From contig UYFQ01000068.1 in the NCBI GenBank assembly GCA_900617105.1, positions 1 through 64,000 on the forward strand: a stretch of 64,000 nt of DNA. Direction: 5' to 3'. The stretch comes from Hydrurus foetidus (taxonomy: Eukaryota). Below the pieces are notes generated by a model. That model made no database searches. It saw only the letters and a list, made by a program, of their open reading frames with translations, and was not told the origin of the DNA. The position numbers and the translations under genes were made by a program. Position 1 is the stretch's first letter. Each line of letters opens with the position of its first letter. Positions 60,890 to 64,000 of the stretch are shown piece after piece.

Positions 60890-63510
60890 TAATAATGGAA
60901 ATAATAATAATGGCAATAATAATAATTATGATGATAAAGCAAAAATGATTAAAATGTAAATTTCAAAAAGAATAATTTCCATAATGATTATATTGATCTT
61001 GAGAGCTAGAAATATTGTCGAAGATTGAACAAGAAAAAAAATAAGAAAAAGAAAAAAATAAGGTCGCTATGGTACACATTAAAAAATGTAAACTAACTGC
61101 ATATTTGCAAACAATACTGAAAATGGGTATCCACTTTGTGATGCCATTTTTGTTAAGGTAAACAAACATGTAAACATGAAAACATGAAGCACTTATACTT
61201 GTAGAAGTGTTACACCCGCATAATTTGTTTCGAAACGACAGAGTTTCTATTGCGATGAAGAATAGCGGCAGACAGTTCTGATTTCATTTATTACCATTCT
61301 ATGCATTTCCAGACTTACCTTTTTCGACAAAATCATTTCCCTCACATCTTTAACAAATATTTCACGTTCGTACAAAACAGTACGTACAGGATGAGAAGAA
61401 TTCTTAGGACAGCGAAAAGAGGCAGAGAAAGAGGTAGAGGTAGATGGCACTTTTTCTGTGATAGAAATTTGAGAAGATGAAAAAGGAAAAGAAGAAAATG
61501 AAAAAGATGCGGAGCGAGTGTGCATGTCATTGTGTACGTGCGTAGGAGTTTCAGTGAGAAGGATTTTTAGTACGTCATTATTGATGTTTTTTATTTCTAC
61601 GTGAGCTGTATAGAAAGTATCAATTACGAAATTATTTTCACGGTTTTCATCGAGATTTGGTGTTTTCTCTTTATTCTCATCTGTATTGTTTTCAATTTTT
61701 GTTTTTATTTCTTCTGGTAACTTTCCTGAGGAAACTTTATTTTCTCTCTGATTTAGCTCCGATAATATCAAATCATCAAATACTTTACTTTTTGTACTCA
61801 ATTTTGTCATTTTTAATTCTCTTTTTGCAAGAGTTATTCTATTTCTCACTGGAAAAACATTTTTCTCATTATTATCATTTGTTATATCAATTTCATTACA
61901 ATCATAATTCATTGAATTAAATTTTTCATGACTGTTAATTTGAATTGAATTTTTTTTTGTATTTCTTTTTAATTCACTTTTTGATATGGACGACTTTCTG
62001 TCTTTGATTCTTGAAGTTGGTCTGAAGTCCATGATTTGAATTGTGTTGTATTCTGATTTTGGTGAGATGGTACCTGTATGTGTGTGTGTTTGTTTGTTTG
62101 TTTGTTTTGATTTTGTATTCGTGAGTGAGAGTATTTGTATTTTTACATGTGTGTGTGTGTACATGATATATGTGTATGCGTGTGGACGTACGTGCGTGTG
62201 TACGTGTCTTTGTAAGTGTGTGTGTTTTTACAATTGAAGTAGTAATGAAGGGAAGACTGTAGACTGTTTTTCTTAATCCATCTGTGCGATTGAAATAGAG
62301 GATCGTGTGTAATTGCTGATCCACGTTTAATCTGGACCCACCCCTATACACGACAATAATCTGTACCGTACTTAAAACTGGTAACGTACGGTACAGATAG
62401 TGTGTGCGAATGTCGTGTGTAGGGGTGGGTTCAGATTTAAAGTGGATCTGCAGTTAAACACGATCCTTGATATTGAAAATAGCAATTAGTTCTTGGAACT
62501 CTAAGTCTCTTATTCTAGTTACATGGTATTAAACATAAAGCATGCTAATGATAAGCATAGAACGGAAAAAGTAAAACAAGAACATTAATACACATTTTTA
62601 CTGTTTATTTCGTACCGATCGATTCCGTCACAGAATCGCCCGAACCAGCAGACCTCAGACCTCTAATTCCAGAATTTACTGCCCGACTTTTTCTTCTACT
62701 TTCTGTTGCTCTATTTTGTACATTATTTGTGTTATATTCGTTTGCATCATTTGTTGAATCAAAGGATGGAAAGTGATCAATTACTGTTGTACTTTTTATT
62801 TCAAGTCTGTTTTGTTGATTTTGTGTGACGAGTTCTTCTTTGTTTGATACTGCTCTACCATCTTTTTTTCTTTTTTCATTTCTAGTTCTGCTATCACCTA
62901 CACCACTATGACTATTCCTGTTTTTATTTCCATTTTCTTCTTTTTCTCTACCCTCATACATATCACTAATTTCACCTGACCATTTTTTCCCACTCCATTT
63001 TTCGCTTTTCGCACTTTCTTTCCAGTAGCTATTGTGAGAAAGAGGTACAGGTAGAGGAAGTGATCTACTCAAACGGGTAAACGGAGAATCCGTAGAAACC
63101 TGAAACAAAATGACGGAAATAGATCGGATTTGGTGATATTTGATATCCGCATCTACAAAGATTGGAAAATACAAAACAAACAGAAAAATACAAATTGTTC
63201 GCAGTAAGTGAAAATACTGATCTGACTGGAGAAAATCGTCGAAAACAAACCTTTCATTAAAAAATAAATAGAACTGCTATGGGAAATCTTCATTGATGTC
63301 ACTATCAAATCAGTATTACAATATCAGTATTATTATATCAGTATAATCACAATCATCAATTTCATCATTTCTGTCACTATCAATTTGTCTCTTTGCATAA
63401 ATTGACTGCAAATTTGCATGGTTTTCTTCGTACCTCTAATGCAGACGTCGCTCTACGTACGTGCGTGCTTGAACTGGAGAGAGAAAGAACACGAGAAGCG
63501 CTAGTGTCTG
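49133..63510 (-). CDS. very large multi-exon EF-hand calcium-binding protein (5' end uncertain, may extend beyond the window)
   Basis: EF loops DADKNG-YLTFDEF, DIDESGVVEYAEF, DSDHSGGLDLDEF, DPNSIGVIEFDDF, DREKKGFLSFTEI and DVNIEGEINYRNC in GT-AG-bounded minus-strand exons; Asn-rich low-complexity inserts. Confidence 0.75.
51296..51502 (+). repeat. (AAT)n microsatellite, intronic
   Basis: Long imperfect AAT array. Confidence 0.9.
53955..54138 (+). repeat. (ATT)n microsatellite, apparently exonic poly-Asn on the minus strand
   Basis: Array flanked by coding sequence with no splice sites; two 1-nt phase interruptions. Confidence 0.85.
56581..56708. mobile_element. MITE with ~35-bp TIRs, intronic
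   Basis: taccaggacagaataaaatgtccga / tcggacattttattcaggcttggta; TA at both outer ends; internal hairpin gaaatcac-cat-gtgatttc. Confidence 0.7.
57385..57787 (+). repeat. compound pentanucleotide satellite (ACAAG/ACAAC)n
   Basis: About 80 tandem 5-mers alternating gacaa and cacaa blocks; source of the spurious CLVLS ORFs. Confidence 0.95.
60738..60935 (+). repeat. (AAT)n microsatellite, intronic
   Basis: Long imperfect AAT array. Confidence 0.9.
62297..62469. mobile_element. palindromic MITE, family P, divergent copy 3
   Basis: Shares the core tccacgtttaatctggacccacccctatacacgacaat..ctgtaccgtac with copies 1 and 2. The outer arms differ (aggatcgtgt / acacgatccttg) and the left terminus is degenerate. 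Confidence 0.8.
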
Positions 63511-64000
63511 CAGAAAAAAAAAGAAATGGTGTTAAGAGAATTCTATTCAATCAAGAAAATAATTCAAATAAGTAAAAAAGAGCCGAGAGGTAGATTTTAT
63601 TTAAGTGCATAATTAAGGAATTTTTAGAAATTGAAATTGACACACCAAAAAGATACAACACGATAATACCAGAAATTGAAAATAAGAGAATACAAAATGA
63701 ATTATGAAATGTAGGAAAAAAAATGTGTTAAAAATAAGAAGCAAATTTCGGCAGCAAATATTTGACGAATTCCAAAACGAAAATGAATTGAATTAAAAAT
63801 ATCAGCGACAGAAGTAAAATAAAAATAGTAAATAATTTTTAATTTTCTTGCAAAAAATGACTAAAAGAGAAAGATGAATATGCAGACACAATTCCAATAA
63901 TTCGTTTGACAAAAAAAGAGAAAAGAAAACAGTGCACAAAATATAAAATGAAAAAGCAGCAGCAAAAATGATAGAAGTATTTGAAAACCTTCACGATGCA

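Overview
Eukaryotic, AT-rich, intron-rich genomic DNA with GT-AG introns and abundant intronic microsatellites. It probably comes from a plastid-bearing, flagellated stramenopile such as a chrysophyte-like ochrophyte; this is inferred from a bipartite plastid-targeting presequence and a RIB72/EFHC gene. The first ~9 kb is a transposon cluster: a Sola-like (DDD) transposase gene and a divergent hAT-like transposase gene head-to-head, a small hAT-type MITE, tandem hairpins and an LTR+gag remnant. Host genes follow: an ankyrin protein, an O-fucosyltransferase, an Asp/Asn beta-hydroxylase, EFHC/RIB72, Rab-GDI with a tRNA-Phe nested in one intron, lumazine synthase, SmD3 and a very large EF-hand protein. 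The most striking object is a young, apparently complete tyrosine-recombinase retrotransposon (22694-29622) with Ngaro/PAT-type split direct repeats (A1-ORFs-B1-A2-B2). Its gag and RT/RNaseH ORFs are in one frame, separated only by a UGA-CUA readthrough-type stop. Its recombinase lacks a start codon for its N-terminal part and instead begins at a TACTAAC branch point plus AG acceptor, in phase with splice donors in gag. Several palindromic MITE families are also present. Family names come from recognising motifs by eye, not from database searches. Several frameshifts sit in homopolymers and may be assembly errors.
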